From the NCBI RefSeq assembly GCF_006345805.1, contig NC_043001.1:89032001-89096000 (forward strand): a stretch of DNA of 64,000 nt, written 5' to 3'. This stretch comes from Octopus sinensis. Lineage: Eukaryota. A program made the translations under genes and the position numbers. This document shows, piece by piece, positions 11,350 through 25,560 of this stretch. Below the pieces are notes generated by a model, which was not told where the DNA came from, searched no databases, and saw only the letters and a list, made by a program, of their open reading frames with translations. Within the stretch, counting starts at the first letter, position 1. Each line of letters opens with the position of its first letter.

Positions 11350-13760
11350 ATATTGAAGAAAATTATTGACATGTTTATTAGGATTTTATATCCATTGCTG
11401 AAGCAACCCAAAATAAATTGAAGAATCAAGTAATTCTAAGTTATTCTGAGACTTAAAGGAGTCAATGCAATTATATGGATTAACCCATTAAAAGGATTAA
11501 TGCATTTATTTGAACTAACCCAAATAAATGCATTAATCATACATCCCCCCATATATTTCCTAGTAATGATTAATTCTTAGGTTGGATGAACAGTCATATA
11601 TTCTAACAGACAAGATCCAATGGATTCATATTGCTAAATCAAAAGAAGAGATTGAGAGATGTTTGAGGTTGATAAACTATTATCTCCAGTTTATACCAAA
11701 ACTTGCAGGCATCGTACAGTTCTTTTAGTGGAAAGGAATGTCTTGATCCATCAAGAAAGAATAGGCTTAACCCTTTAGCATTCAGATTATTCTGTCCAAT
11801 ATAATGCTTAGTTTTTCAGTTGTTTTGTATTAATCATGCATTATCTCAAAGCTGTGACATTTTGATGACATGGCTGTTTATTTTTAGATTGACATTGTAG
11901 GGTAGGTGTAAGAGACCAGATCTGTCTGGTTTGAATATAAAACAGGTATAATATTTTGGCCTGTTTAAATGCTAAAGGATTAAGAAAATTAAAGAACTTT
12001 TTACCTCAATACTCTGTTTTGGCAACATTCCTTACTGTGTGTGTGAAACAAATCTTACTGTTGATGCTTCTGAAATTGTAGCAGCAGGAATAAATCCTCA
12101 AAATGAAAGGACTGTTGCAGATGTTAGTCATACACATGACAGAAAAATTGGAGAAATATTCAAAGTGGATCTTATGTGATTGTCATGGTGAGTTGAGAGA
12201 TTGGGACAGAATCTATTAGCAAAATCTTCCATGCTGAGAATTGATATCTGGCTGTTCCAATCAATTTTTTCAAAACAATTTGATGTTTTTAGATGAGCTT
12301 ACAACCTCCTATTTGCTCCATATTCTCTGTGTCTAACTCACTCCCTATCTCTAATCATCTGTCACACTATTTTCACTTTGGTACACTTCCACATCAAACT
12401 TTTCTGTTCCTTTATCCTATTTTGTCTTTCATAGTCACCTTGTACCTTGACCTCACATCTCTCTCTCTCCCTCTAGATTGGCAAACCATGTATTCATCTC
12501 TTTAGTAAGATACCTGCTCTTCTTCCTCTGTCTTTTTGTATCTCAATGCTACATGCTACTCAGTAGAGGGGTCTTGTCTTGTGGGTACTTGGTGGTCGGT
12601 GCTATGGAAAAAGCACCCAGTACACTCTGTAAAGTGGTTGGTGTTAGGAAGGATATCCAACCATAGAAAATCTGCTTTGACCAATCCTATCCGGCCCATG
12701 CAAGCATAGAAAAATACAAGTTAACCCATATATGCCCATAAAAAAAAAAAGAAGTCTTAAATTTTTCACTGTATTTAGATTAAACATTATGGTAAGCTTT
12801 CACAATCTGGAAGAGGACAGTATACAACTGTTAGCTATGGGTGTCAACTACCTACTGAACATTTCATATGTTCAGTCAGATGCTTCCTGGCGAGTTCATA
12901 TCCAAACAAGTAGGAGCAGGTTTTGCATTGTGAAAACGCAACCAGGGGTATATATGGGTTAAAGCAATGGCAACAACGATGATGCTAATGATAATGTGCC
13001 CTTTATGTTCACTTAAAGAATCCTAGAACTGGTGTAGACTAACTATTTTAGAACAATTTGTCAGACTTTGTTGTAAGCAACAGAAAGTGATCTCTTCTTA
13101 CCTAAGAATCAACAATTGATTCCTGAATGTTATTGTGCAAAAGATATTACTTCAGTTCATGACACACATTGGTGTACAACAATGAATGAAGAAAGCAAAG
13201 TTTCTTTGGTTGCCCAATCATGGTAGAGATACTGAAGTGTTTGTCAGATCTTGTGTCAATGTGCCAAAACCTAATTTAAAGTCACCCTTTGTACAGATAA
13301 TGGCCCAAAATATAGCATTTATCTATGAATTAACGTTATATATATATTTTTAAATTCTGAGAATGTGTTAATCACAATTGATTCAGCCTCTACTTCCTAT
13401 GGTTCCAGTAGAAGCCCAGAAAATGTAAAGAAATGTTTATTTTCTATCTTCTCCAAATTTAGCATTCCAATGGTTGTGGTATCTAATGACAGTGGATACC
13501 ACTTCATTCAATTAAAGGACTATTTAAACTGACTTGGCTGCAAGAAAAAGAAAGTCCTTCCTATGGTCCAAAATCTGATGGAGCAACAAAAAATGTTGTG
13601 CAAGCAAATTTTCATTAAAAGACTTAAAGTCTAACAATTGGAAAGTTTGATGAGTAATTGCTAAATTGCTAAATAATTCTTTACAGCCATCATTGTGCGT
13701 CTCATATATGTTAATAATTTTCAACTGAGAAATTTACTGTAAGTCATCAGAAATTAGCTG
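11350..13760 (+). mobile_element. Heavily degraded Gypsy-like pol remnant, interrupted by a MITE and an RTE tail
   Basis: Residual motifs VDASE (~12060), THIG (~13165) and IFSKFSIPMVVVSND (~13450-13490, integrase core-like); many stops. Confidence 0.5.
11771..11979. mobile_element. piggyBac-like MITE with TTAA target duplication
   Basis: TTAA-ccctttagcatt ... aatgctaaagga-TTAA. Confidence 0.8.
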
Positions 13761-14024
13761 TAGATCATACTTTTAGGTTGGTCTTTCATTACAATGAACT
13801 TTCCTACAGATACACTTTATCTGATTCATGCTGACAAAAATATTGACAGAAATAAACTCAAATTGACAAAGTTCATTTAGTGTGGCTGTGTGGTTAAGAA
13901 ACTTGCTTCCCCACCATATGGCCTCAGGTTCAGTTCCACTGCATGGCACTCAACCAAAGCTTTGAGAATGGATGTGGTAGATGGAAACTGAGAAGCCTAT
14001 CATATATATATATATATATATATA

Positions 14025-14580
14025 TTGGGTTGCCCAGAAAGTTTGTGCCGATTTATAGTAGCTTACCTTTCGACTTATTTTAGAACATGGTTGAGTCCAT
14101 AAAATAGGATTTGACTACACCTCCATTTAGAGCACAGTTTAAGCTATCTTTTTGTGAAAAAAGTTTTATGTTCTTATAACCTGTTAATTCTGTAACCCTT
14201 TAAAATGGAAGATAAGAAAGTTCATTTTCAGCACTTGATGCTTTGGGAACCAGACAAAAATTGCTGCAGCTCAGCTGGGATGTGTTACCCTATTCACCAG
14301 ATATTGCTCCTTCGGATTTCCACTTATTCAGGTCTCTGCAGAATAGTCTTCATGGTAAAAATTTCAATTTCTTGGATGATGTAAAACGATACCTTGATGA
14401 ATTCTTTGCCATGAAACCACCTCAGTTCTGGGAAGAGGGTATTTTCAAGTTAAAGGAAAGATGGAGAACGCATTGTACAACAAAATGGTTCATATTTGGT
14501 TGATTAAAAATGTAATGGCAAGTATTTATTGACCTTTTTCTTTCCTTTAAAAATCGACACGAACTTTCTGGACAACCTAA
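14025..14580 (+). mobile_element. Internally deleted mariner (Tc1/mariner) transposon with TA target site, nested in the (TA)n tract of a SINE
   Basis: TIRs ttgggttgcccagaaagtttgtgccgattt / aaatcgacacgaactttctggacaacctaa. N-terminal MEDKKVHFQHLMLW is joined directly to C-terminal WDVLPYSPDIAPSDFHLFRSLQN. Confidence 0.92.
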
Positions 14581-14609
14581 TACATACACACACACACACA
14601 CACACACAT

Positions 14610-14644
<35 letters not shown>

Positions 14645-15460
14645 ATCCCACACATACATATCTGTGTGTGTCCTTGACTCGACAATGTGATGATTGCAAA
14701 TGAGCATCACAATTGTGCAAGTGGTTTTGTTCATTTCCAGTCTTCCTTGAAAAGCATGTCTGACCTTGGGGAAATATCAACTTGCTTGAAAACAGGTGTG
14801 GGTTGGTAACAAGAAGGGCATCCAGTTGTAGAAAAACTGCCTCAGCAAATTCTAACCCATGCAAGCATAGAAAATTGGACATTAAGCAATTACCATAATG
14901 ATAATGATGATCAAATAGCCACTAAATATCCTTCCTAAACAAATATGCTACTCATGATAATGTCATCAATAGGCCGGCACCAGCTTCTCCATCTCCAGTA
15001 GAACAACTGCCTGAACCTGGATAATGTTTCTAACATTATTACATCATTCAGATCTCTATCCACTACCTCTGCTAATATTCAAGCTGCAACACCATCCTTG
15101 CTACCAACACTACTAAATTTTGCTAATTAGGCAGAAAATTAATGGGAAGTATAATTTCATCTTGTAAGAACTCCAGAATTGCAAAGGGAATTAAAAAAAC
15201 ACAAAGATATATCTAACACAATTTATCTTTTATGTTATGTTTGTAGTATTTTTGATGGTTGCTGGTTTTGTTATTAATATATAAAGGATAGTAACAATAG
15301 TAAATTGGCAAAATACATACGTGTAAGACAAAATGCTTTGAGTTTATGTTCTGATTTCAAATCTCATTGTGGTCAACTTCTAGGGTTGAAAAGAATCAGT
15401 ACTAGTACTGGGGGCAATTTGATCAATTAAGCTCCATTCCAAATTTGTGACCTTGTGCCC

Positions 15461-18340
15461 ATCGTCGTCGTCTAACGTCCGTTTTCCATGCTAGCATGGG
15501 TTTGACGGTTTGACCGGGGTCTGGGAAGCCAGGAGGCTGCACCAAGCCCCAGTCTGATCTGGTAGTGTTTCTACAGCTGAATTCCCTTCCTAACGCCAAC
15601 CACTCCATGAGTGTAGTGGGTGCTTTTTATATGCCACTGGCACAGGGGCCAGAGGAGGCTGGCAATGACCACGATCAGTTGGTGCTTTTTTACGTGCCAC
15701 CAGCACAGAAGCCAGTCAAGATGGTGCTGGAATCGGCCATGTTCAGATGGTGCTTTTTACATGCCACCGGCACAGGTATCACTATTGCAAATTCCATTTG
15801 ATTTTCATTTTGATGTTGATGTACTTGACTCAATAGGTCTCCTCAAGCACAGCAGGTTGCGCTATAATCCAAAGTACTTTTGAATGGGCTGGGACTGGTT
15901 ATGCAAAACTGGTATAGGATACAGCCGTGAACTCACTTTATTTGCCAGGCCTTCACAGTCACAGCATATCTCCAGAGGTCTTGGTCTTTCGTCATGGCCT
16001 TTGTGAGGAGTCTACCCCTACTCCAGATTCTTTCAACTGTTTGGGAGTGGCACTTCTTCACACAGCTCTCTCAACTATCTGAGTACATGACCATACTAGT
16101 GCAAACATCTCTCTTGCATGCCACATCTGATGCGTTTTATGTCCAACATATCTCTCAGGACACTTACACTCTGTCGTGTGTGCACACTGACATTACACAT
16201 CCAGCAGATTATGCTAGCTTCATTTCTTTCGAGCGTATGCATGTACTCCACAGTCATGGCCCATGTTTCACTGCCATGAAGCATGGTAGTTCACACACAT
16301 GCATCGTACAATCTATCGTTCACTCTGAGTGAGAGGCCCTTTGTCACCAGTAGGCGTAGAAGCTTTCTGAACTTTGCCCAGGCTATTCTTATTCTAGTGG
16401 TAACTCTCTCTGAGCATCAACCCCAACAACTAACTTTGTCACCTAGGTAGCGGAAGCTATCAACTAATTCTAGTTTCTCCCCCTGGAGTGTGATGGAATC
16501 TGTTTTCTAAGCATCTGTGGTGTTTATTGCCCCTGTGCATCTACTGCACATGAAAGCTATCTTCCTGGTTAATCTTCCTTTGATGTTGCTGCACCCCTTA
16601 TGTGTCCATAGCCTACACTGGGTACATCTTATGGAGTTTCTACCTACACCTTTTCTACAGATCGAGCAGGGCCACCTACCTGAAGGGGTGTGTGATGTGT
16701 TTGCCTTCCTACTTAATAGAACTTTGGTCTTTGCAACATTAACTCTAAGGCCTTTTGATTCTAAACCTTGCTTTCACATCTGAAATTTCTTCTCTAGTTC
16801 TGGTAGTGATTCTGCTATGAGAGCAAGGTCATCAACATAGAGCAGTTCCAGGGGCAACCCGTCTTGAATTCCTCTGTTATTGCCTGGAGGACTATGATAA
16901 ATAAAAGGGGACTGAGGGTTGAACCTTGGTGGACCCCTACTTCTACCCAGAATTCTTCACTATACTCATTACCAATCCTAACCTTACTAACAGCCTCTCT
17001 GTATAGGGCCTATACAGTGCATATTAACCATTCTTCAGTCCCCAGTTTCTGCATCGCCCACCAGATAAGGGATCAGGGGACCTTGTCAAAGGTTTTCTCC
17101 AAGTCCACAAAAGCTAAGTATAGGGGTTTATCTTTAGCTAGGTATTTCTCCTGTAGTTGTCAAACCAGGAATATATCATCAGTGGTGCTTCTACCCAGCA
17201 CAAAACTGAACTGCATCTCATCTAAGCAGACTCTCTCCCTAATGACATAGGCTATGACCCTCTCCGTGACCTTCATCACCTGATCCAGCAGTCTGATACC
17301 CCTGTATTTATTTCTATCTAGAGCATCACCTTTACCCTTGTAGCAGTTGACTATGGTGCTGCTACGTCAGTCATTGAGTGTGACTCCATCATGAACTACC
17401 TGGTTTACAATGCGGGTGACTAGGCCATAGCCCACACTATCAGATATTTTAAGCATCTCAGCAGTGATTCCTGATCGATCACGGACTTTTCCTGGTTTCA
17501 TACCCTTAATTGCTTTATCTACCAGGGAGCTGTGTATTCGGATAGCTGGTCCTTCTACTGGGTCAACATTTGGCAGGCTCTCCTCCTCCCATTCATTATC
17601 AACGTTTAGCAGTCTTTCATAATGGCTTCTCCAAACCTCTTTCTTTTCCGAATCATTAAAAGCAAGTGCACCATCATCCATGCAGACACATTTCTCTTCT
17701 GTGACATCACAATTTTCTCCCACACACTGTCTTGCAATCCGAAATACCTCAGTTCTTTGGTCCTCATGTCACTGGACATTGGCAAACTTTTTCTTTTCTG
17801 CTTCGCCCATGGCTATGTATACCTGTCGCCCAGCCTCCCTTTTGGATACCAGGTACAATTCCCCCTACCCCCACCCTTCCAGGCTTTCCAGGCCTGTTTC
17901 TTTGTATCATAAAAATGGTCCGTCTGATCATTTGGTAGGCCCGCTTGTGGGGTGTAGGCAGAGCTAATTGTAGTTGTGCTGTTCTACAGGACTAGCCTGA
18001 GCTTAAGCACTCTATCGCATACCCTGACAACCTTTATGACTTTATCTACCCATTTCTCCACAAGGAGTATGCCTAGCCCCCCTCTCCACTCCATCCATGT
18101 TACCTTGCCAGAAGATTTTGTACCTATGTGCCTTACCTGTGAGAACCCTAGCTGAAGCTCCTCTCCATCTTACCTCTTGTATGCAGCATACATCGACACG
18201 TCTCCTTTCAAGCATCTCTACAATCTCACTAGACCTACCTTTCAGTGTGCCTACATTGACTGTGCCAACTCTGAAAACTGGGAAAGGAATGTGGGGTGAG
18301 GCTTGATGAGAGGAGAGATGTTATTCAATGCCTGAAAAGA
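15461..18340 (-). mobile_element. RTE-clade LINE, degraded and internally deleted, with its 3' UTR and tail
   Basis: APE start RVGTVNVGTLKGRSSEIVEMLERRRVDVCCIQEVRWRG (~18290-18160), RT ELLYVDDL (~16840), MLHGSETWA (~16280), and a 3' UTR with ggtggcacgtaaaaagcacc-type repeats ending in ggacgtt..(GAT/GAC)n. Confidence 0.9.
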
Positions 18341-19512
18341 AGAGGGAGGTTGTCGTGTTCATTTTTTAGGCATGCTATGATTATTAATATGTAAATATAA
18401 ATATACCCAGTCAATGTCTGCACAATGTATCTGTCTACTCGGTTGGTTATGTCATTATTATGCTAATGTTGAGTTACATACATTTTTGCATGCATACAAT
18501 TGGAGAATGCTAACAATTGACTACAAATTCAGTATAACAATTAGTTTTGTGATGTGCTGCTTAGATAACAGTGAGTCGCATCTGAAGATTACAATTTACT
18601 TACTATTGTTGACTTATATATAATTATCATAAACATGACATATATTAACAATGCAATTTCTTAAGGTTCTCTATTACCAAATAAGGATTCCTAACATATT
18701 TACAAGGGTATAAAATTTGGGGCAAGAATAAAATCCCCCTGGTACTTAATTGACTTCAATGGGTTTAAACCCATAACATAAACAAAAAGCATTTTGTTCA
18801 ATACTTGACCGTTTAGTTAATTAACTCCTCTTTATATAGTAACCCTTATTTCTTTATTGCCCACAAGTGGCTAAACATAGAGGGGATAAACAAGGACAGA
18901 CAAAGAGATTAAGTCGATTACATCGACCCCAGTGCATAACTGGTACTTAACTTATTGACCCTGAAAGGATGAAAAGCAAAGTCAACCTCTGTGGAATTTG
19001 AACTCAGAACATAACGGCAGACGAAATACTGCTGAGCATTTCACCCCGCGTGCTAACGTTTCTGCCAGCTTGCCACCTCTTATATATTAACCCTTTCATA
19101 CCAAACCACCTATGACTGACCCTGGGTCTATGATACAAACTTTATGTTTTAAAATGATCTAAATTAAAACCTTCCAACAAATTTTCATGTTAAGTTTTGT
19201 TCTTGATAAAAAAAAAGTTTTTTACTAAATTCATCATTATTTTCAAAATTAATTGAAACAAAGTCCATGTATGAAGTTTATTTCAATAGAAATATGTTAA
19301 CAAAAGGACTAGTCCCAGCTTAGAAAAAAGTAAAATAGAATTTTTTTAAAGTTGTCAATAACCTTTAAAGTACTTTGTGATTTACATTGTTATCATTATT
19401 AATGAAATTTTACTGTTTAAAAACTAGGTGAAATCTCCTTATATCTTCACTTTATAATGGAAATTATAGAAAGCAATAAAGGTGGAGAAAAACTGTTATC
19501 AAGGTTATTTAA

Positions 19513-20593
19513 CCCTTTCGTTACTATATTTCTGACCAAAATACACCCCTCATGAGTTTCAATTAAATTCTAAAATAATCATGAATCTAGGCTTGTTTCA
19601 TTAAATAACTGTAACTTTTTTACTTATCAACATATTAATGTGATATTTGGAACATAATTAAAGAAAGGGTTCTTAATCAATTCTATTGCATAACTTTTGT
19701 CTAAAAGTGACTTTAATTACAGGTAAATCCAGGTAAATTGAGCAAAAGGTAAAAATATTAAAATTTTGTTTAAACATCACCATAGAAAATGAATCATCAG
19801 CTAATATTCAAATGGGTATGCAACAAAATTTTGATAAAGAAGAATTGTGCACATCACTATATCATCAGTTGAATTTAATGCACAATAGGTGTACCATAAA
19901 AGTAGAATAAAGTGAAATACTGGAATCCACCGTAAGTTTGACCAAACTAAAGAAATCGGTCAAAAAATAATATACGGCCCTGGTTATGGTATGGAAGTGA
20001 TAAATTCCAGACCACATCGTTCCCTAGGCCATGCTGACTAACATTATTTTCCCTGTATAAAAACTAAATCCACGCAGTACCCAGTATTTGCTTCACAAAT
20101 TTTCCGAAATTTGAACCCCCATTTTGTGTTTGTTTACATTCTGCGTAAGTTTGTTTCCGCATTGATCGCTTCAAACAATAACTTCCAGACCACATCATAC
20201 CCTAAGCTATGCTGACTAACATTAGTTTCCCTGTATAAAAACTAAATCCACAACAGTACCCAGTATTTGTTTCACAAATTTTCCAATTCGGAATCAATGC
20301 TTGATAACATGAAACTCCTATCCATTTTCAAAGTTGCAGGAAAATCGATGCCGAAAAAAATGTGGAAAAAAATCTCCCAAAATTCAGGGAATTAAAATTA
20401 CACGTCGATCCTTGTACAAAACTGTCGATGAACTGTTTACGAAGCATAATCACGTGTTTTCACGAATGTACTAAAGAGATTTGCTCTGATATTCTCATTT
20501 AAATATGAATAGGTAAATTCGGGCGGGTTTGGGCGGTTTGGTCACATTAACTAAAAATTTTTACGGGCGGTTTTGGGTGGTTTGGTAACGAAG
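19513..20593. mobile_element. piggyBac-like non-autonomous element with an internal ~105-bp duplication
   Basis: TTAA-ccctttcgttac start, gtaacgaag partial right end, subterminal gggcggtttgg repeats, and duplicated segments ~20005-20110 / ~20183-20285. Confidence 0.6.
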
Positions 20594-22540
20594 TCTTCTT
20601 CAACAAGACAACAGATTTGCTATTAAAGTAAATTTGTGGAAAGTTTTTAAATAAATTCTCTTTTTTCTTTTCTTTTTTTTTATTATTTAGAATTCTTGTC
20701 ATGAACTCAGCCTACACCCATCTCACTTTTTTTTTCATATCAGAAGCTTCCTGTTAGACCACATCACTGCAGCATGTACAACAAAGTACTCTCCAACTCA
20801 TACTATTTCGGTTCTTCTGTATCCCAAAATTTAGTTGTCTTCCTTCAGTACATTGACACTCTACTTGCTAACATTTCTAACAAACACATTCTCCTATGCA
20901 AAAGCTGCAACACAAGGAATGCATCCTAAGGCTTTGGCTTTCTCATTAGAGTCAGAATAAACATCAACCTTGATTAGTTTCTGATCTTCCACAAAGCTCA
21001 AAAAAGAGTCACATTTGAGTACTGCTTTTGTATATGAGAGACTGCTGCTACCAAATACATGTATACATATATCCTAGAATGCCATCCAAGTGGTTTACAA
21101 TAATTTAAGCACCATCACACTGCAACTCTAGCTTACAAACACAGCTTCTTCTCTCTGTCTTTTCTATCACTACTTCAACAATCTCTGCTCCTCTGAACTA
21201 GCTTACTACATTTCCATGCCTCACATGGACATCTGACCCCTTTCCTATATCCTCATCACAACTGTATTGTAAATCCCAAACCTTGCGATAAACATTTCGA
21301 TAAGGCCTTCTTCTTCAGAACTTCTCTCTATCTATGTTTTGCCTGCAGATATTAATCTATAGATATCCAAACTATGCATCAACTGTCTCAAATTCCTCAG
21401 TCTGTGAAAGCCTGCAAAAGACACTACTATTCTTCCTATGACTAACTTTAAAATTCCCTATTTTTTCTATAATTAACATGAAAAGAGTTTTTGAGATGCA
21501 TTTTTGCCAAGATTATATATGTGAAATAGTCATTGAGTTAATCAGGAAATAATGAGGCTTGCCTAGAATTTGAATGATTAGAGAGTATTTTAGTTGTGTG
21601 TTATTCATGACTAGAAAGGTTTGAAGAACACATCTAGTTTCCTTGTTAAGTGTAATGGTTGTGTCTTTATGATGTTAAAAGAAATTATGCTGTCATGAAG
21701 AAAGTTTTCACAGTCTCTGTTCTGTAGACATTTGATATTAGTCAATTAGGTTGCTTGCTTGTGTGTGTGTGTGTGTGTGTGGAGTTCAATAAGAGTACTG
21801 ACTTGTACCATGCAATGGGAGTGCTTATAAATAAGCAAGTAGGTCATTGATGTAGAGAAGAAAGAATGTGCAGACATAATCGAATTTCAGTGGGTCACTA
21901 TGACAGAAACCTGCTTTTTCAAGAGATAAGAAGTAGATAGAGATCATAGACTTTGAGAGTTTGTCTTGTGATAGGCAGTTAAATAACCGAAGGCAAAGCA
22001 ACAGCATGCAAAAGAAAGTGAGAATTGGTTGCAAAGAATAAAGATTCATACGAAAGTGCAGAATCTCAAAGTAGAAGAGAATGATGTAAATATTTGTTTA
22101 GGTTATCATGGGAAGTAGACCACAGTTTTATGTCATCAAGGAAGAAATGTAGACATTTTTAAAGTTTTTTTCCCCTTTTATCTTTTAGTCAGGAGGGAAG
22201 GTGGTACTAATGGCTCTCTATGGGGCCTCTGAGTCTGATGAGAGGGAGGAAGATATCCTCAAATTGAAAACCTGGCCTGAATAATTACAAGAGTGTGAAC
22301 TCCTCTTAAAACACCCAAGGTGCCAGCTGTTGGTGTCAAATAAAGTAACAAGTTAAATCTACCAACCAAGAAAGCCACAGTGGGATTAGAGTTCAGAATT
22401 CAAGAGTCAGAACAAAAGTAGGAAGTCATCAGGTCCTACCTTTATACAGTTCCACCAATCTACCACCTTGAATTAGTACTTTTTATCACTCCTGAATGGA
22501 TGATGGATATACTGGCATTGGTGAGATTTGAAATCAGAAT

Positions 22541-23290
22541 GCTGACCTGGGCATTACTATCAGCAGCGACTTGCACTGGATAAAGCACATCTCTAAAATT
22601 GTCAAGAAGGCCGAGGGTGTCTTGGCATCACTTAACGAGACCTTTGTTAGCTGCTCTCCAGCTATCTATTTAAAGCTGTATATGGCTATGGTGTGGCCAC
22701 ATTTGAAATTTGCATCACCAGTCTGGAACCCCTATCTTGCTCAGGACATTGACCTCCTGGAAACTGTTCAGAGATGTTCAGCCAAGCAAATACCCCCCAC
22801 CAAGCATCAACCATACTCTGAACACCTTACTTCCCTGGGCATAGATATATTGAAGCTCTGACATCTGGCAACTGACTTGGTAAACACCCACAAAATTATT
22901 AACCATCGTGCCAACATCCATGTTGAGCATCTTTTTGAACTCCATGTGTCAAACACATGTGGGCATGCCTACAAAGTCAGAAAACAGCACGGCTCCTATG
23001 ACTTTCAGAAACATCTTTTCACACTTAGAGTTGCTGAAGCATGGAACTACATGCATCAGTTGTTAGTTGCTGAGGCATTGCATCCTTTAAAATCTCTATA
23101 CTTCCTGAAATTCACCATCACTACACTTGATATCCCCCCACCACCACTCCATATGCATGCACACATGTATATTATGACTCATACACTATTCATTTTCCTA
23201 ACTTTTGTATTTAATTCTATGTACTGTACATACCTTTGATGAGTTGTAGTGCACCTGAGCACTATACACAATAATTTCATTATTACTATT
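22541..23290 (+). mobile_element. CR1/L2-group LINE 3' fragment
   Basis: DLGITISSDLHWIKHI..IVKKA...KLYMAMVWPHLKFASPVWNPY..DIDLLETVQR, followed by a 3' UTR ending aataatttcattattact. Confidence 0.85.
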
Positions 23291-23381
23291 TTTTTAAATG
23301 CCACAAAGCATTATGCTTGATTCTCTAACAAGCACTGCACTTCACTTCCTGTGTGTTTATCTTTGAAATATTACTATAGTT

Positions 23382-23643
23382 CAGTGTTTCCCAAAGATGT
23401 AGTGGGAGGAACCGTCTTGGTAGGCAAGTTGCAGTGAGATGAACCAATGGTCATATTTAAGAGGATTAAGATGTTTTTAAATATTTTAAATTTGTCCAAA
23501 ACCATAGTGAAGAAAGGAGAATTTAATTTGATGCAAATTCTACTTTGTCTTCTTGTTGATAAAGAGGGAGGTAGAGAGGTGAATAATTTCATTAATATTT
23601 GGGGTGGGAAGAGGGTGTGGTATTATCTGTTTGAAAACCATTT
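23382..23643. mobile_element. hAT (Charlie-like) MITE
   Basis: cagtgtttcccaaa ... tttgaaaaccattt with 8-bp TSD ctatagtt/ctctagtt. Confidence 0.7.
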
Positions 23644-23962
23644 CTCTAGTTAGTCCTTTTTGTTTATAATAATAATTTCTTCTCCTCTAGGCACAAGACC
23701 CAAAATTTTGGGGGAGGGGGCCAGTTGATTAGATTGACCCAGTATGCAACTGGTACTTAATTTATTGACCCCCGAAAGGATGAAAGGCAAAGTCAACCTC
23801 AGCAGAATTTAAACTATAGTAGTAGTAGTAGTAATAATAATAATAATAATAATATTGTTGTATTTCAGGATGGTCATTTTTTTTTTTGCCAAATAAACAC
23901 ACACACTATAATATATGTTCTTCACTCGTTTATTACTGTTCTTATTCTAGCTCATGTCCATT

Positions 23963-24005
23963 GTCTGGAAATCTTTTGCCACACATCTGTGACCTCCTCA
24001 GCGAC
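23963..24005 (-). ncRNA. Possible decayed hammerhead
   Basis: Minus strand gtcg CTGAGGA g GTCAC-agatgt-GTGGC aaaa gattt c cagac; GAAA is missing and stems I/III are poor. Confidence 0.3.
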
Positions 24006-24087
24006 ACTTTTCGTCTTCATGTGTGCTCTTGCTCTGCTTATTCCATTCTGTTCTTCTATGATGTGTATCCTTATATGTGCATGCGTC

Positions 24088-24131
<44 letters not shown>

Positions 24132-25156
24132 ATTGTTCTTAGTAGCATTATGACCCTCCCCTCAACCCTGTTCCCTACTCTATTGCTGCTGCTGCTGCCC
24201 TTGAATCCAACTTTATGTACTGTGTTTGTGTGTTCGCCCATGCTGCTGCCATCATGGCAGATGTTCTTGTTGTTGCCATTGTTGTTAGTTATGTTGTTGA
24301 TATTGTTGCTGTTGTCTTCTTCTTCCAATCAGGACTCACGCCATGAGCCACAAAGAATAACCTCTAATTCGAGCCTACTCTAAGCTACTAAGAATGCATG
24401 TCGCAACTTGAAGATCCATCCACCACATGCGATAGACTAGCAGTTGCACGGGCACGAAAGCTACGTTATTATCCTCATTCTGTAAACGGTGGCTTTTAAC
24501 GGGTGGAGAGCTGAACCATCCTTGGATACAGAGGATTTGCAATCTAGACTAGGGTCTGAAAGTTTACCACACCATAGTGGGTTACACCATGGTTCCTCTG
24601 CTTTGTGGCAGAAGTATGAAGAAAGAGTGAGAGAAAGTTGTGGTGAAAGAGTACAGCGGGGTTCACCCCCAACTCCCTGCCAGAGCCTCATGGAGCTTAG
24701 GGTGTTTTTGCTCAATAAACACTCACAATGCCTGGTCTGGGAATTGAAACCGCGTTCTTACGACTGCCAACTTGCTGTCTTATTACATAAGACAGCAATC
24801 TGACAGAATGATGGCTTTGAGAATGAGGTGAAGCTGTTCCATTTAGGAATCAAAATGAGGCTGACATTCTAAATGTATTGTCATTGCTGTACTGACATTA
24901 TTGCATGTATTATTTTCTGTATGATTGAAACAATTCTAGATGGATACTAGTTTGATAAAACAGCTTGGTTATTCAGTTTGAAAAGCATCTTTGAGAGAAA
25001 CGATCACGAGTGACTATGAATATATTTGGATAAACACTACATGACATGGCAAGAATATTGCTGGTTAATAACAATGAACTTTCTGTCTATGCCCCAGATA
25101 TCACAGACTTGGTAGCAATTTTTTGCAACTACAGTAAAAACTAAAGATTCTGAAGT

Positions 25157-25328
25157 AGGCACAGGAGTGGCTGTGTGGTAAGTAGCTTGCTTACCAACCA
25201 CATGGTTCCGGGTTCAGTCCCATTGTGTGGCACTTTGGGCAAGTGTCTTCTACTATAGCCTTGGACCAACCAAAGCCTTGTGAATGGATTTGGTAGACGG
25301 AAACTGAAAGAAGCCCGTTGTATATATG

Positions 25329-25379
<51 letters not shown>

Positions 25380-25560
25380 TGTGTATCTGTATTTATCCCC
25401 CAACATCGCTTGACAACTGATGTTTGGCAAAAGATACTGATAGAATAAGTATTAAGCTTACAAAGAATAAGTCCTGGGGTCGATTTAATTCGACTAAAGG
25501 TGGTGCTCCAGCATGGCCACATTCAAATGACTGAAGCAAGTAAAAGAATAAAAGAAAGAA
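25157..25560 (+). mobile_element. tRNA-derived SINE family B with internal (TA)n(TG)n (others at ~13880, 44590(-), 45167, 60003-60435(-), 62570(-))
   Basis: ggagtggctgtgtggtaagtagcttgc...gggttcagtccc...gatttggtagacggaaactgaaagaagccc-(TA)n...gactgaagcaagtaaaaga. Confidence 0.85.
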
